A DNA stretch of 44,986 nucleotides from NCBI GenBank assembly GCA_035431765.1, contig DAOMJL010000017.1, positions 1-44,986 on the forward strand. The letters run 5' to 3'. A program made the translations under genes and the position numbers. The stretch comes from Spirochaetota bacterium. GTDB taxonomy: Bacteria; Spirochaetota; UBA4802; JAGODF01. Positions 1-7,959 of this stretch are shown piece by piece (position 1 is the stretch's first letter; every line of letters starts with the position of its first letter). The notes beneath the pieces are model-generated. The model did not search any database. It was not told the origin of the DNA and saw nothing but the letters and a program-made list of their open reading frames with translations.

Positions 1-98
1 CCTTTTTTTTGATATTCTGTTGACATTTTTTTTGTCACGGTATTTTTTGTATTTCTCTGTTTATACTTTTTTTGAACAAAATTTGTATGGGAGAAATT

Positions 99-326
99 AT
101 GTTATTACGGACCCCTTTTATAGGAATTATACTTGCAGGTATTGTCACCGTTCTTCTGATTCTGCTCTTTGAAGTTCCCGGGCGGCCATTTACTGTGGGC
201 CAGGGACTGGGGCTTTATTTCTTTGCGCTTATTACCTGCATCGGCGTTGCGATGCTCTTTGATCCCCACGCGAAGAAGGCGAAGGAGGATTTCCTGAAGA
301 TCAACTTTTATGAGGAGAAAAAATAA
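99..326 (+). CDS. small hydrophobic membrane protein (hypothetical)
   Basis: ORF 72-326. Two hydrophobic stretches (IGIILAGIVTVLLILLF, LGLYFFALITCIGVAMLF). GGGAGA at 89-94 lies 4 nt before ATG 99. The start is uncertain (TTG 72, ATG 87 or ATG 99). Its TAA stop abuts the ATG of the next ORF. Confidence 0.4.
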   Translation: MLLRTPFIGIILAGIVTVLLILLFEVPGRPFTVGQGLGLYFFALITCIGVAMLFDPHAKKAKEDFLKINFYEEKK

Positions 327-821
327 ATGCAATTAGGACATGTTGCCGTGGCCTTTGCCATATCATCCTATGCACCTGAGCTGACGAATGGCAATATTGA
401 AGCATTTTCAATGGAAGCCGTTGCCGTCAGTTTTATCGCCCACTGGCTGCCGAACCTTGATGTTATTCCGATCTGGCTGGGAATTGTAAAGGACTCGTTT
501 CACTGTACCTGGTCGCACTCATTGCTCTTCGCGGGGGTGGTTACGCTTCTTGTGCTTCCATTCAATGTGTGGTGGGCGGTGCTGGGGCTTGTGAGTCTCC
601 TGATTCATTTCCTGGCGGACATGCCCAGCAGTGTGGGGCTTCCTTTGCTGATGCCATGGAGGCGCAGATTTACCATAAACCTGTGGGCCGACACCGGTCA
701 TTCCGGCTGGATCGCGCTGAAGGGGACCTATATGCAGGCCTGGACATGGCTCCTTGAAGGGGGAGCGTTTCTCTTCCTTTATATACGCGCTTACCAGGAA
801 GGCGTGTGGCCCTTTTTGTAA
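327..821 (+). CDS. membrane-bound metal-dependent hydrolase-like protein (YdjM/DUF457-like)
   Basis: 164 aa and multi-TM. His-rich motifs (MQLGHVAVAF, FIAHW, HCTWSHSLLF, LIHFLADMP) resemble the DUF457/YdjM family as I remember it. The ATG directly follows the upstream stop, which suggests translational coupling. Confidence 0.5.
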   Translation: MQLGHVAVAFAISSYAPELTNGNIEAFSMEAVAVSFIAHWLPNLDVIPIWLGIVKDSFHCTWSHSLLFAGVVTLLVLPFNVWWAVLGLVSLLIHFLADMPSSVGLPLLMPWRRRFTINLWADTGHSGWIALKGTYMQAWTWLLEGGAFLFLYIRAYQEGVWPFL

Positions 822-871
822 AAAGTACCGATAACTCAATATCGCAATGGTAGTATTATTATGATATTCTG

Positions 872-902
872 CTCCCCCGCCTGCACGGGGGAGTGTTCTT
901 TC
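872..902 (+). terminator. GC-rich hairpin followed by a U-rich tail (candidate intrinsic terminator)
   Basis: CTCCCCCG (872-879) pairs perfectly with CGGGGGAG (886-893) around a 6-nt loop, followed by TGTTCTTTCC. It lies 50 nt after the 327-821 ORF. Confidence 0.45.
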
Positions 903-958
903 CGGACATAAAAAGCAGTTTCTACGGGGACACCACTTACTATGATGTACGGGGCATT

Positions 959-2518
959 ATGAAAATAAAGAAGAGCTATGAATATATTATAATCGGAAGC
1001 GGTTTCGGCGGGGCATTTGCCGCATATAATCTTGCGAAGGCCGGCAGGGATGTTCTTGTGGTTGAACGCGGGGTATGGGTGGCGCGGGACGATTCCTGCT
1101 GGGATGAGGTGAAGCTGCATCTTGAAGACCCGATGTACCGCGGATGTACGCCGTTCTATATCAACCAGAAAAAAGGAAAAGTTGAGGAGACCTGGCCTGA
1201 TGACACCGTGGGAGGGATGTCGACATTCTATGGCGCTGCGGCGTTCCGGATGCGTGAGGATGATTTTTTAGGCGCTCCCGGCGGTGATTTCGAAGTCAGG
1301 AACGGTGAAACAGCATGGCCTGTCAGTTATCGCGACATGGAGCCCTTCTATGATGAAGCGGAAAGGCTGCAGATGGTGGCGGGAATGCGAGGGGAGGATA
1401 TCACTGAGCCGAAGCGGAAGTCTGATTTTCCGCAGAAAGCCCCGGTACTGACTGCCCCTTCAAAGAGGATATGGGATGCGGCGGAGAAGTTAGGGCTGCA
1501 TCCGGCGCATATCCCCCTTGCAATAAATTTCAAGGGAACACGGGACGGAAATGCCTGTGTTATGTGTCACACCTGTGATCATTATCTCTGTAAGGTTGAG
1601 GCGAAGAATGACCTTTCCGTGGCGGTGCTTCCTGAGGCGATGAGGTATGGAGCGGCGGTCCTGGCGAATTGCAGGGTTGTCCGGATCAATGTTGTGAAAG
1701 GGAAAGCGGTATCGGTCGATATTGTTGATCAGGAGAACGGCGAGAAGCGGGAGATAAAAGCGAAGAACATAATTTGCGCCGCAGGGGCCCTGGCGACACC
1801 GCATCTTCTCGTGACGTCGGGGATTGAACATGAGTGCCCGCGTGGTGATATAATCGGCCGTCACCTGATGCGGCATATCAATGGCGTTGTGAGCGGCATT
1901 ATGCCGGTACGGGCGAACCCTGAAGAGGTGTTCCATAAGCTCGTTTCAATATCTGATTTTTACCATGGAGATCCTGAGAAGAAAAAATCTCCTGCCGGGG
2001 GATGGGGAATTATTCAGGAAATACACACACCCGGTACGGGAGTAATGAAGGCGAATGTCCCCGCGGGACTGAAGAATGTCGCGGCTTTTGCCTCGCAGTT
2101 TCTGCTGAATCTGCTCTGTATCGCGGAGGATGTCCCGCAGTATTCCAACAGAGTGTATCCCGACATAAGCAGAACTGACAGGTTCGGGATGCCGGCTCTC
2201 AGAGTGTATCACCGCTACGCTGCGCGCGACTATGCTGCCAGAAAAGCGCTGTATCGAGTGGCGCGGCGCATACTGGTGAAAGCGGGGGCGCTGCCGGTAT
2301 ACACGTTCCCTATTGAAACATTTTCCCACGCGATCGGCACCTGCAGGTTCGGCACGTCACCGGACACATCGGTGCTTGACCCTGAATGCAGGGTGTGGGG
2401 GGTGAAAAATCTTTATGTTACCGATGCCTCTTTCATGCCATCCGGGGGTTCAGTGAATCCGAGTCTCACAATCGGTGCCAACGCTCTCAGGGTGTCGTCA
2501 CTGCTGGCAAAAAAATGA
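959..2518 (+). CDS. GMC-family FAD-dependent oxidoreductase
   Basis: N-terminal Rossmann FAD motif YIIIGSGFGGAFAAYNLAKAG...VVERG. C-terminal GMC-like HAIGTCRFG...LYVTDASFMPSGGSVNPSLTI. Cys cluster CVMCHTCDHYLCKVEAK. I chose ATG 959 over the track start 893, because 893 overlaps the upstream hairpin and would put 22 aa in front of the FAD fold. Confidence 0.85.
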   Translation: MKIKKSYEYIIIGSGFGGAFAAYNLAKAGRDVLVVERGVWVARDDSCWDEVKLHLEDPMYRGCTPFYINQKKGKVEETWPDDTVGGMSTFYGAAAFRMREDDFLGAPGGDFEVRNGETAWPVSYRDMEPFYDEAERLQMVAGMRGEDITEPKRKSDFPQKAPVLTAPSKRIWDAAEKLGLHPAHIPLAINFKGTRDGNACVMCHTCDHYLCKVEAKNDLSVAVLPEAMRYGAAVLANCRVVRINVVKGKAVSVDIVDQENGEKREIKAKNIICAAGALATPHLLVTSGIEHECPRGDIIGRHLMRHINGVVSGIMPVRANPEEVFHKLVSISDFYHGDPEKKKSPAGGWGIIQEIHTPGTGVMKANVPAGLKNVAAFASQFLLNLLCIAEDVPQYSNRVYPDISRTDRFGMPALRVYHRYAARDYAARKALYRVARRILVKAGALPVYTFPIETFSHAIGTCRFGTSPDTSVLDPECRVWGVKNLYVTDASFMPSGGSVNPSLTIGANALRVSSLLAKK

Positions 2519-2590
2519 GCTTTGGGGAAATGATCGAAGCATTACCGCACTGCCGCGATATGAATTGATGGTAAAGGAGAAAAGACCACA

Positions 2591-3586
2591 ATGAAACAAT
2601 TACTGCCGAGAATTTGTTTTTTCGGGTGCGGCTTTATCGCCCACCGTCATGCAAAAATACTGAAGAAACTATATCCCCGCATTGAGCTGACCTTTGCAAG
2701 CAGGGAAGTGTCTGAAGCGAAACAGCTTGCGGAGAAAATAAAAGGTTCAGATTATTTCAGCAGCTGTGAAGAAGCCGCGGCCTCTGATTCCGTAGATATA
2801 GTATTTATCACCACCCCCCACGCCTGTCATGCTGAACTTGCGGTCCTCGCGGCGGGGAAGAAGAAGGATATCATAATAGAAAAACCGGTAACGCGGACGA
2901 TTAAAGAGCTGGATTCCATCGTAAAGGCAGTAGCGAAAAATGGAGTCCGGTGCACCGTTGCGGAAAATTATTATTACAAACCGATTATAAAAAAAATCAG
3001 AAAGCATATTGAGGCCGGGATTATCGGTGAACCGCTTTTTTTTGAAGTTAACAAAACAAACCGCGATAAAGTGGGGGGCTGGAGGACTGATAAGGAAATG
3101 ATGGGTGGAGGCGCGCTACTTGAGGGAGGGGTGCACTGGGTAAATGCCCTTGTTTCTCTCGCGGCATCGGAACCTCTGGAGACCATCGCGGTCAAACCCG
3201 CTGTTGCCTATGATACCAATATTCCATTTGAAGATTCCCTGATGCTCTTCGTGAAATTTCGTAACGGTACTGCGGGAAAGCTTCTTCATTCATGGAGAAT
3301 TCCGAATCCCCTGAAGGGAGTGGCGCTGTCAAAAATATATGGCACGGAAGGTGTTATCACCTTTGAAAGCAACGGATTGTTCTGTTCGGCTCACGGCAGA
3401 AAAAAGAGGATTTCTTTTGTCAATCCCTTTGACTTTCTCGGTTTCAAGGCAATGCACCGGGCTTTTGTCCAGGATTATATTGACGGGAGACCCTGGGAAC
3501 CATCTCTGGAAAGGATATCACAGGAAATGAAACTTGTGCATAGCGCATATAAATCGCTGAAATCAGGCTGTTTTGAAAAAATATAG
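2591..3586 (+). CDS. Gfo/Idh/MocA-family NAD(P)-dependent oxidoreductase
   Basis: 331 aa. N-terminal Rossmann FFGCGFIAHRHAK, and the family-typical EKPV motif (IIIEKPVTRT). AAAGGAGA RBS upstream of the ATG. Confidence 0.85.
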   Translation: MKQLLPRICFFGCGFIAHRHAKILKKLYPRIELTFASREVSEAKQLAEKIKGSDYFSSCEEAAASDSVDIVFITTPHACHAELAVLAAGKKKDIIIEKPVTRTIKELDSIVKAVAKNGVRCTVAENYYYKPIIKKIRKHIEAGIIGEPLFFEVNKTNRDKVGGWRTDKEMMGGGALLEGGVHWVNALVSLAASEPLETIAVKPAVAYDTNIPFEDSLMLFVKFRNGTAGKLLHSWRIPNPLKGVALSKIYGTEGVITFESNGLFCSAHGRKKRISFVNPFDFLGFKAMHRAFVQDYIDGRPWEPSLERISQEMKLVHSAYKSLKSGCFEKI

Positions 3587-3595
3587 GTAATAGAG

Positions 3596-3919
3596 ATGAG
3601 TGAATCGGGAAAACTATCAGCGAGATCAATTGAGGACGAAATTCTCTGCGGCGTTGCGCGTCAGAACTGTATTCTCATGCTGCAGTCAAAAATGTATCTG
3701 AAACCGGAACACATGGCGGAGGTCTGCCGTTTTGTCAGCTCCATGTGCGGAAAACACAGCAATGAGGACTGCGTGAAGCAGTCAAAGGTATGCCGTGAGG
3801 CAAGTGAAGCCCTGAGCAGGGGAGACACGGAACGGTTTCATGAACTGTGCAGACATGCATGTCTAACATGTCCCTATAATATTCATGCTGAAAATGTATC
3901 GGAACGGACATTGCAGTAA
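3596..3919 (+). CDS. small Cys-rich protein (hypothetical; 9 Cys, heptad-spaced pairs)
   Basis: 107 aa, starting 9 nt after the Gfo/Idh/MocA stop. Cys at 18/25, 44/51, 59/66 and 85/89/92. No recognisable family. Weak RBS. Confidence 0.5.
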   Translation: MSESGKLSARSIEDEILCGVARQNCILMLQSKMYLKPEHMAEVCRFVSSMCGKHSNEDCVKQSKVCREASEALSRGDTERFHELCRHACLTCPYNIHAENVSERTLQ

Positions 3920-3957
3920 TAAGGGAACCATGGGATAAAAACCCCGGGACGTAGTAT

Positions 3958-5055
3958 TTAATCTGTGCTTTCCCCAAGGCTTTCAAGAAATTCGTCGTAG
4001 TTGACCTCGCTGAGGGCGTCAGTTTCTTTCACTTCGCAGCCGATCTTGATAATCTTGTTTTCCAGAAGCGTGATGTTCCTCACGACAGCAAGTATTGAAG
4101 CTTTTTTATTTTCCGGAAATATCAGGTCAAAATACACAAGACTGCGCTCCTTGAAATACCGGATAAACTTTCGTTCTTTAAACACAATTGAAAGGCCGCG
4201 TTTCGAGATGTCTGAAACGAGGAGTTTCTCGTCCGATACGGGGAATATTTTGTATTTGTGGAAAATTTCCTCTGCCACGATGGCCATTCTCTTTACCAGC
4301 GTCATTGCTGATTCTGAAAGAGGTGTGGTGTTGTTTGTCTGGATGTACCCGTAGGGAATTTTCGCTTTATAAAGAATTGGAACTGATGCCTCGGAGATAA
4401 ACTGCTTCCGGTTTTGAAGATAAAAATCTTTTGAATAGATCTCATTGACATATTGATTATAATTCCGCTGGTCTTTTTCCTGTGGCGGTTTGGATATATC
4501 CGGCATGAAGAGGGGACGTTTTTCCTCAAAGAAAAATTTCATGCGGGGATCAGTCGACCCCTCATTGCAGAAAAATGTTTTAATGTAATGAAACTGTTTT
4601 TCCATGTCAAAACGAAGAATTTCACGGACCTTGTCCGCCTTCTTCTGGTCAAGAGCAATTGAGTTCTCGATTATAAAATCTGATATCAGATTTGTTATAT
4701 ACAGGACATTTTTGCTTCCCTCTCCCTGCAGTGTAGACCGGGATTCCCTTCTGTTTTCGGAAATAATCTGTATCTTCTCAGGATAGAAAATATACATATC
4801 CTCTTCCTGCTTTTCGGCGAATTTCATCTGTGCATAGATGATATTCCCTTCAGTCCTGGAAAATATCAGAATGTTCTCCTGAATATTTTTCAGGAAAGGG
4901 ATCCTGAACGCAGCCAGTCCTTCCGTATATCCGAAAAATTTAATTTTCAGGTCGCCGCTTTTTGTTTTCAGGAAAATGTCATTGTTTGAGAAGAGTTTGT
5001 AAAAAATATCCTGAAACTGGGTTTTGTCGGTAATTGTGGTAATCTGTTTTGTCAT
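3958..5055 (-). CDS. hypothetical protein with PilZ-like C-terminal domain
   Basis: 365-aa uninterrupted ORF with coding-like composition. C-terminal LLVSDISKRGLSIVF (DxSxxG, aa 282-287) followed by beta-strand-like repeats. An RxxxR (RRESR, aa 102-106) lies 180 aa upstream. Function is tentative. Confidence 0.7.
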   Translation of the reverse strand: MTKQITTITDKTQFQDIFYKLFSNNDIFLKTKSGDLKIKFFGYTEGLAAFRIPFLKNIQENILIFSRTEGNIIYAQMKFAEKQEEDMYIFYPEKIQIISENRRESRSTLQGEGSKNVLYITNLISDFIIENSIALDQKKADKVREILRFDMEKQFHYIKTFFCNEGSTDPRMKFFFEEKRPLFMPDISKPPQEKDQRNYNQYVNEIYSKDFYLQNRKQFISEASVPILYKAKIPYGYIQTNNTTPLSESAMTLVKRMAIVAEEIFHKYKIFPVSDEKLLVSDISKRGLSIVFKERKFIRYFKERSLVYFDLIFPENKKASILAVVRNITLLENKIIKIGCEVKETDALSEVNYDEFLESLGESTD

Positions 5056-5146
5056 TAATTGTAACGCCCGATGGTGCCGGAATATTGATTGTGCTGATTT
5101 TCTTCAATAATTTCATCAAATAATGGTATTATTGAAAACTGCATTC

Positions 5147-5175
5147 ATTAAATATCCATGAAATTTTCGTGTCAA
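5147..5175 (-). promoter_or_regulatory. candidate sigma70-type promoter for the 365-aa gene
   Basis: On the minus strand: TTGACA (5175-5170), 17 nt spacer, TTTAAT (5152-5147). About 90 nt upstream of ATG 5055. Confidence 0.3.
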
Positions 5176-5255
5176 CATATAATTCAGGGGCAGGGGCGTG
5201 AATAATTGTTAAAATTTTCATCCCCGCAGTCTTACTGACAATTGATGGCTGCCCC

Positions 5256-5289
5256 GGCTCCCCCTGTACAGAGGAAGGACGGGGGAGCC
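5256..5289 (-). terminator. GC-rich hairpin 17 nt after the thi4 stop (no U tract)
   Basis: GGCTCCCCC (5256-5264) pairs with GGGGGAGCC (5281-5289) around a 16-nt loop. No T/U run on either side, so function as an intrinsic terminator is uncertain. Confidence 0.3.
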
Positions 5290-5305
5290 TGCCGGAAAAT
5301 GCGGA

Positions 5306-6082
5306 CTATCTGTTCCTGCTGAGAATCAGTTCGGACACTTTTTTCCCGGAAAGCAGCATGCCGCCGAATATCGGTCCCATTCGGGGGCCTCCAAAGGCTG
5401 CATTTGCAGACATCCCTGCCACATACACATTCGGACAAATCTCACGGGTGTTCTCAATGGTGAGCTGTTCAGCTTTATCGGCCCACATGGATCGTTCCCC
5501 CATTACGTCTCCGGTTTCAGTGTTCAGCCGCATGTCGGCCTTACGCGCGATTACCCGGAGGACCTCGGTATCATGGCCCGTGGAGTCAATAACCGTTTTA
5601 GCCGCAATTGAAAGGGGGTCGACGTGCAGTCCCGCCATTTCGACAGGGGACCAGTTGATTACCAGCCCCGTAACCGCGCCATCGCGGATGATAACGTCCT
5701 CCACGCTCATGCAGTTGAACACCTTTGCCCCGGCACGGCACGCCGCAGAGCAAATTGTTGTTGTTGCTTCCACGGCATCGGCGGTAAAATAGCCGGGTTC
5801 GTATTCGGTGCAGGTAATGCCGAAAGCCTCCAGAATGTCCTTCCCCTCTTTCTGGATGACAATTTCATTGAACATCATGCCGCCGCCCCACATGCCCCCG
5901 CCGATGCTCAGTTTCCTTTCGAAAATGGCGACTTTCCTCCCGGCCTTCGCAAGAAAATATGCCGCTACCATACCCGATGGACCGGCGCCGACAATAGCGG
6001 TGTCAATGTCGGTGTATGCAATCAGTTTTTTTGAAAAGCGGTCAACAATCGCTCTTGTTATTGTTATTTCATTAAGTTCCAT
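5306..6082 (-). CDS. thi4: thiazole synthase, Thi4 family (archaeal/eukaryotic type)
   Basis: 258 aa. Motifs [47 protein letters not shown] and [25 protein letters not shown] are typical of Thi4/THI1. GGAGA RBS. Lies 30 nt downstream of thiDN. Confidence 0.9.
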   Translation of the reverse strand: MELNEITITRAIVDRFSKKLIAYTDIDTAIVGAGPSGMVAAYFLAKAGRKVAIFERKLSIGGGMWGGGMMFNEIVIQKEGKDILEAFGITCTEYEPGYFTADAVEATTTICSAACRAGAKVFNCMSVEDVIIRDGAVTGLVINWSPVEMAGLHVDPLSIAAKTVIDSTGHDTEVLRVIARKADMRLNTETGDVMGERSMWADKAEQLTIENTREICPNVYVAGMSANAAFGGPRMGPIFGGMLLSGKKVSELILSRNR

Positions 6083-6112
6083 AGTGTCTCCTTTTAAATT
6101 ATTTAGTGACGT

Positions 6113-7471
6113 TTATTGTGGTGTGGTCTTTTTCATTTTTTCAGAAATCGCAATGACCATGTCGGCAACCTCTTCCGGGTTTTTCCCAAGGACCCGTACG
6201 ATCGGTTCCTTGCCGATATCTCCCCGGTCATAAATAATGTCCGGGACATCAGCGCGTGATGAAAGCACCTTCCGGACTCCCCATGGCAATGATGCCCCTT
6301 CTGTTGAGCCGACATCACGGGGCTCATCGCCGCGGCTGAAGCTGTCGATGGAAAGCGACAGCGCTCTGCACGCTTCGACAATACCCTCTGAATACCGTAT
6401 ATTCATTGCTGATCTGATGGAATTGTCGAATTCCATAACCGTAAGGATTATGCGGGCGATATGATGCGATGCCCCGAAGGAAGGGTCATGAATTTTTGAC
6501 ACATGGTCTCCCGACCTGATCAATCGTCCCCGGAAGGCGGCGACGTGGGATTCATTGACAGGACAGGGAAGAGCGTATCCAAGGTTCGACTGAATTTCCG
6601 GAATGATGGCGCCGCACCTGCTGCGGTGCAGTTTCACGAAGGCCCTCTGCAGCGACTCAATGCAGATGAACTTTTCCCGGTCGTTCATGACTTCGGCAAA
6701 ATGATTGGTGGGACCGTGGCCGCTTCCGAGTTCGAGAGAAAAACGGATAGCAGTTGTGACATATTCCTTCGCTCTGGTTACTGCCTGAATGACGGTAAGC
6801 CCAGAAGCCAGTCCGGCGGCAACAGCAGCTGAAAAGGTGCAGCCGGTGCCGTGAGTATTTTTTGTCGCGATCCTTTCGGTCCGCATTTCGTGAAACGTAC
6901 TGCCGTCATACAGCACATCGACGGCATCGCCGGAGAGATGTCCCCCCTTGATGACAACATTGTGTGCCCCCATTGAGTGGATTATCTCGGCAGCATGTTT
7001 CATCTCATCGATGCCGGTAATTGACAGCGATGTGAGCACTTCCGCTTCCGGGATGTTGGGCGTGATAACCAGTGAGAGGGGGATAAGCCGGTCGATCATG
7101 GTGTGTTCCGCTTTGCCGGAAAGAAGGCGTGCGCCGCCTTTTGCCACCATGACAGGGTCCACCACGAGTTTTTCGATTCTGTATTCCATGATTTTGTCTG
7201 CCACGATGGACAGAATTTCCGGAGTCGCGAGCATCCCTGTTTTTGCCGCATCAACACCGATGTCGCTCATTATGGAATCAAACTGTTGTGCGATGAAATC
7301 GGGAGGGACTTCAAATATCCCCTGAACGCCGCAGGTGTTCTGAGCGGTAAGAGCGGTGATAACGCTCATGCCGAACCCTCCGAGGGCGGAAATTGTTTTC
7401 AGGTCAGCCTGAATACCCGCACCGCCGCCGGAATCTGAACCCGCAATTGTTGCAACTTTGCTGATTTTCAT
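6113..7471 (-). CDS. thiDN: bifunctional HMP/HMP-P kinase ThiD fused to a ThiN-type thiamine-phosphate synthase domain (ThiDN)
   Basis: 452 aa. The N-terminal ~265 aa is a clear ThiD (IAGSDSGGGAGIQADLKT, TALTAQN, KGGH, THGTGCTFSAA). The extra ~185-aa C-terminal domain has the size and position of the archaeal ThiN domain, which I recognise from memory only. AGGAGA sits 7 nt before the ATG. Confidence 0.85.
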   Translation of the reverse strand: MKISKVATIAGSDSGGGAGIQADLKTISALGGFGMSVITALTAQNTCGVQGIFEVPPDFIAQQFDSIMSDIGVDAAKTGMLATPEILSIVADKIMEYRIEKLVVDPVMVAKGGARLLSGKAEHTMIDRLIPLSLVITPNIPEAEVLTSLSITGIDEMKHAAEIIHSMGAHNVVIKGGHLSGDAVDVLYDGSTFHEMRTERIATKNTHGTGCTFSAAVAAGLASGLTVIQAVTRAKEYVTTAIRFSLELGSGHGPTNHFAEVMNDREKFICIESLQRAFVKLHRSRCGAIIPEIQSNLGYALPCPVNESHVAAFRGRLIRSGDHVSKIHDPSFGASHHIARIILTVMEFDNSIRSAMNIRYSEGIVEACRALSLSIDSFSRGDEPRDVGSTEGASLPWGVRKVLSSRADVPDIIYDRGDIGKEPIVRVLGKNPEEVADMVIAISEKMKKTTPQ

Positions 7472-7574
7472 GATATAATCTCCTGCTTTGCAGTAGTATG
7501 TATCATGAGGGAACGAGATAAGGTGATTGCTTTAATCCTGAGTGGAGCGAATGTTGGAGGGAAAAAACTGGTTC

Positions 7575-7660
7575 CGCACACATTCCCTTCGCCGGTATTA
7601 TCCGTATCAGGTTCAAAGGGTATAATCTCAGCCCGAAACGGGCACCCCCATGGTGCCAGA
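7575..7660 (-). promoter_or_regulatory. TPP (THI-box) riboswitch aptamer
   Basis: The minus strand reads GGGGUGCCCGUUUCGGGCUGAGAUUAUACCCUUUGAACCUGAUACGGAUAAUACCGGCGAAGGGAA. All hallmark THI-box blocks (GGGGUGC, CUGAGA, ACCCUUUGAACCUGAU, GGAUAAU, CGAAGGGAA) are present in the canonical order, about 100 nt upstream of thiDN. Confidence 0.9.
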
Positions 7661-7694
7661 TCACCGAAGAAAACGGGATCTGATCAACAATCAC

Positions 7695-7724
7695 AATATA
7701 GCAAACACGCAGATAAATATGCAA
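7695..7724 (-). promoter_or_regulatory. candidate promoter for the riboswitch-thiDN-thi4 transcript
   Basis: Minus strand: TTGCAT (7724-7719), 18 nt spacer, TATATT (7700-7695). About 35 nt upstream of the aptamer. Confidence 0.35.
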
Positions 7725-7959
7725 GCATTTTTATAAAAAGTGCATCGGCGAAGCGGCGTAAAATATTTTCTTTACATATTATTTATCAGGGTGTAACTCT
7801 GTCACTGTAATATTATTGACAAATAAATCTGCCATGACGGCATACAATTGATACTGAATGAGAAAACCCGGCTTCGGGAGATCATGAAGCGTATTCACTA
7901 TTGCCTTCCAGATACATTTGTGTTTTTTTAAAATTGCAACTATCAGCCAGGAAAAAAAT

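Noticed and set aside
872-893. The two GC-rich hairpins (872-893 and 5256-5289) share CTCCCCC/GGGGGAG arms. I considered a possible REP-like repeat family.
   Set aside because: There are only two copies, with different loops and flanks. Each sits just downstream of a gene end, where a terminator-like hairpin is expected anyway. This is insufficient evidence for a dispersed repeat.
893-958. N-terminal extensions in the ORF track (893, 7918, 10115, 13815, 26411, 30469, 35632, 36727, 38811, 43339).
   Set aside because: These begin at upstream GTG, TTG or ATG codons. In each case an internal ATG has a better Shine-Dalgarno and/or reproduces the conserved family N-terminus, so I moved the start downstream.
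7503-7810. Track ORFs 7503-7724(-) and 7505-7810(+) in the thiDN-lolE intergenic region.
   Set aside because: They overlap the TPP riboswitch and its promoter region. They show no RBS, no coding signal and no motifs.
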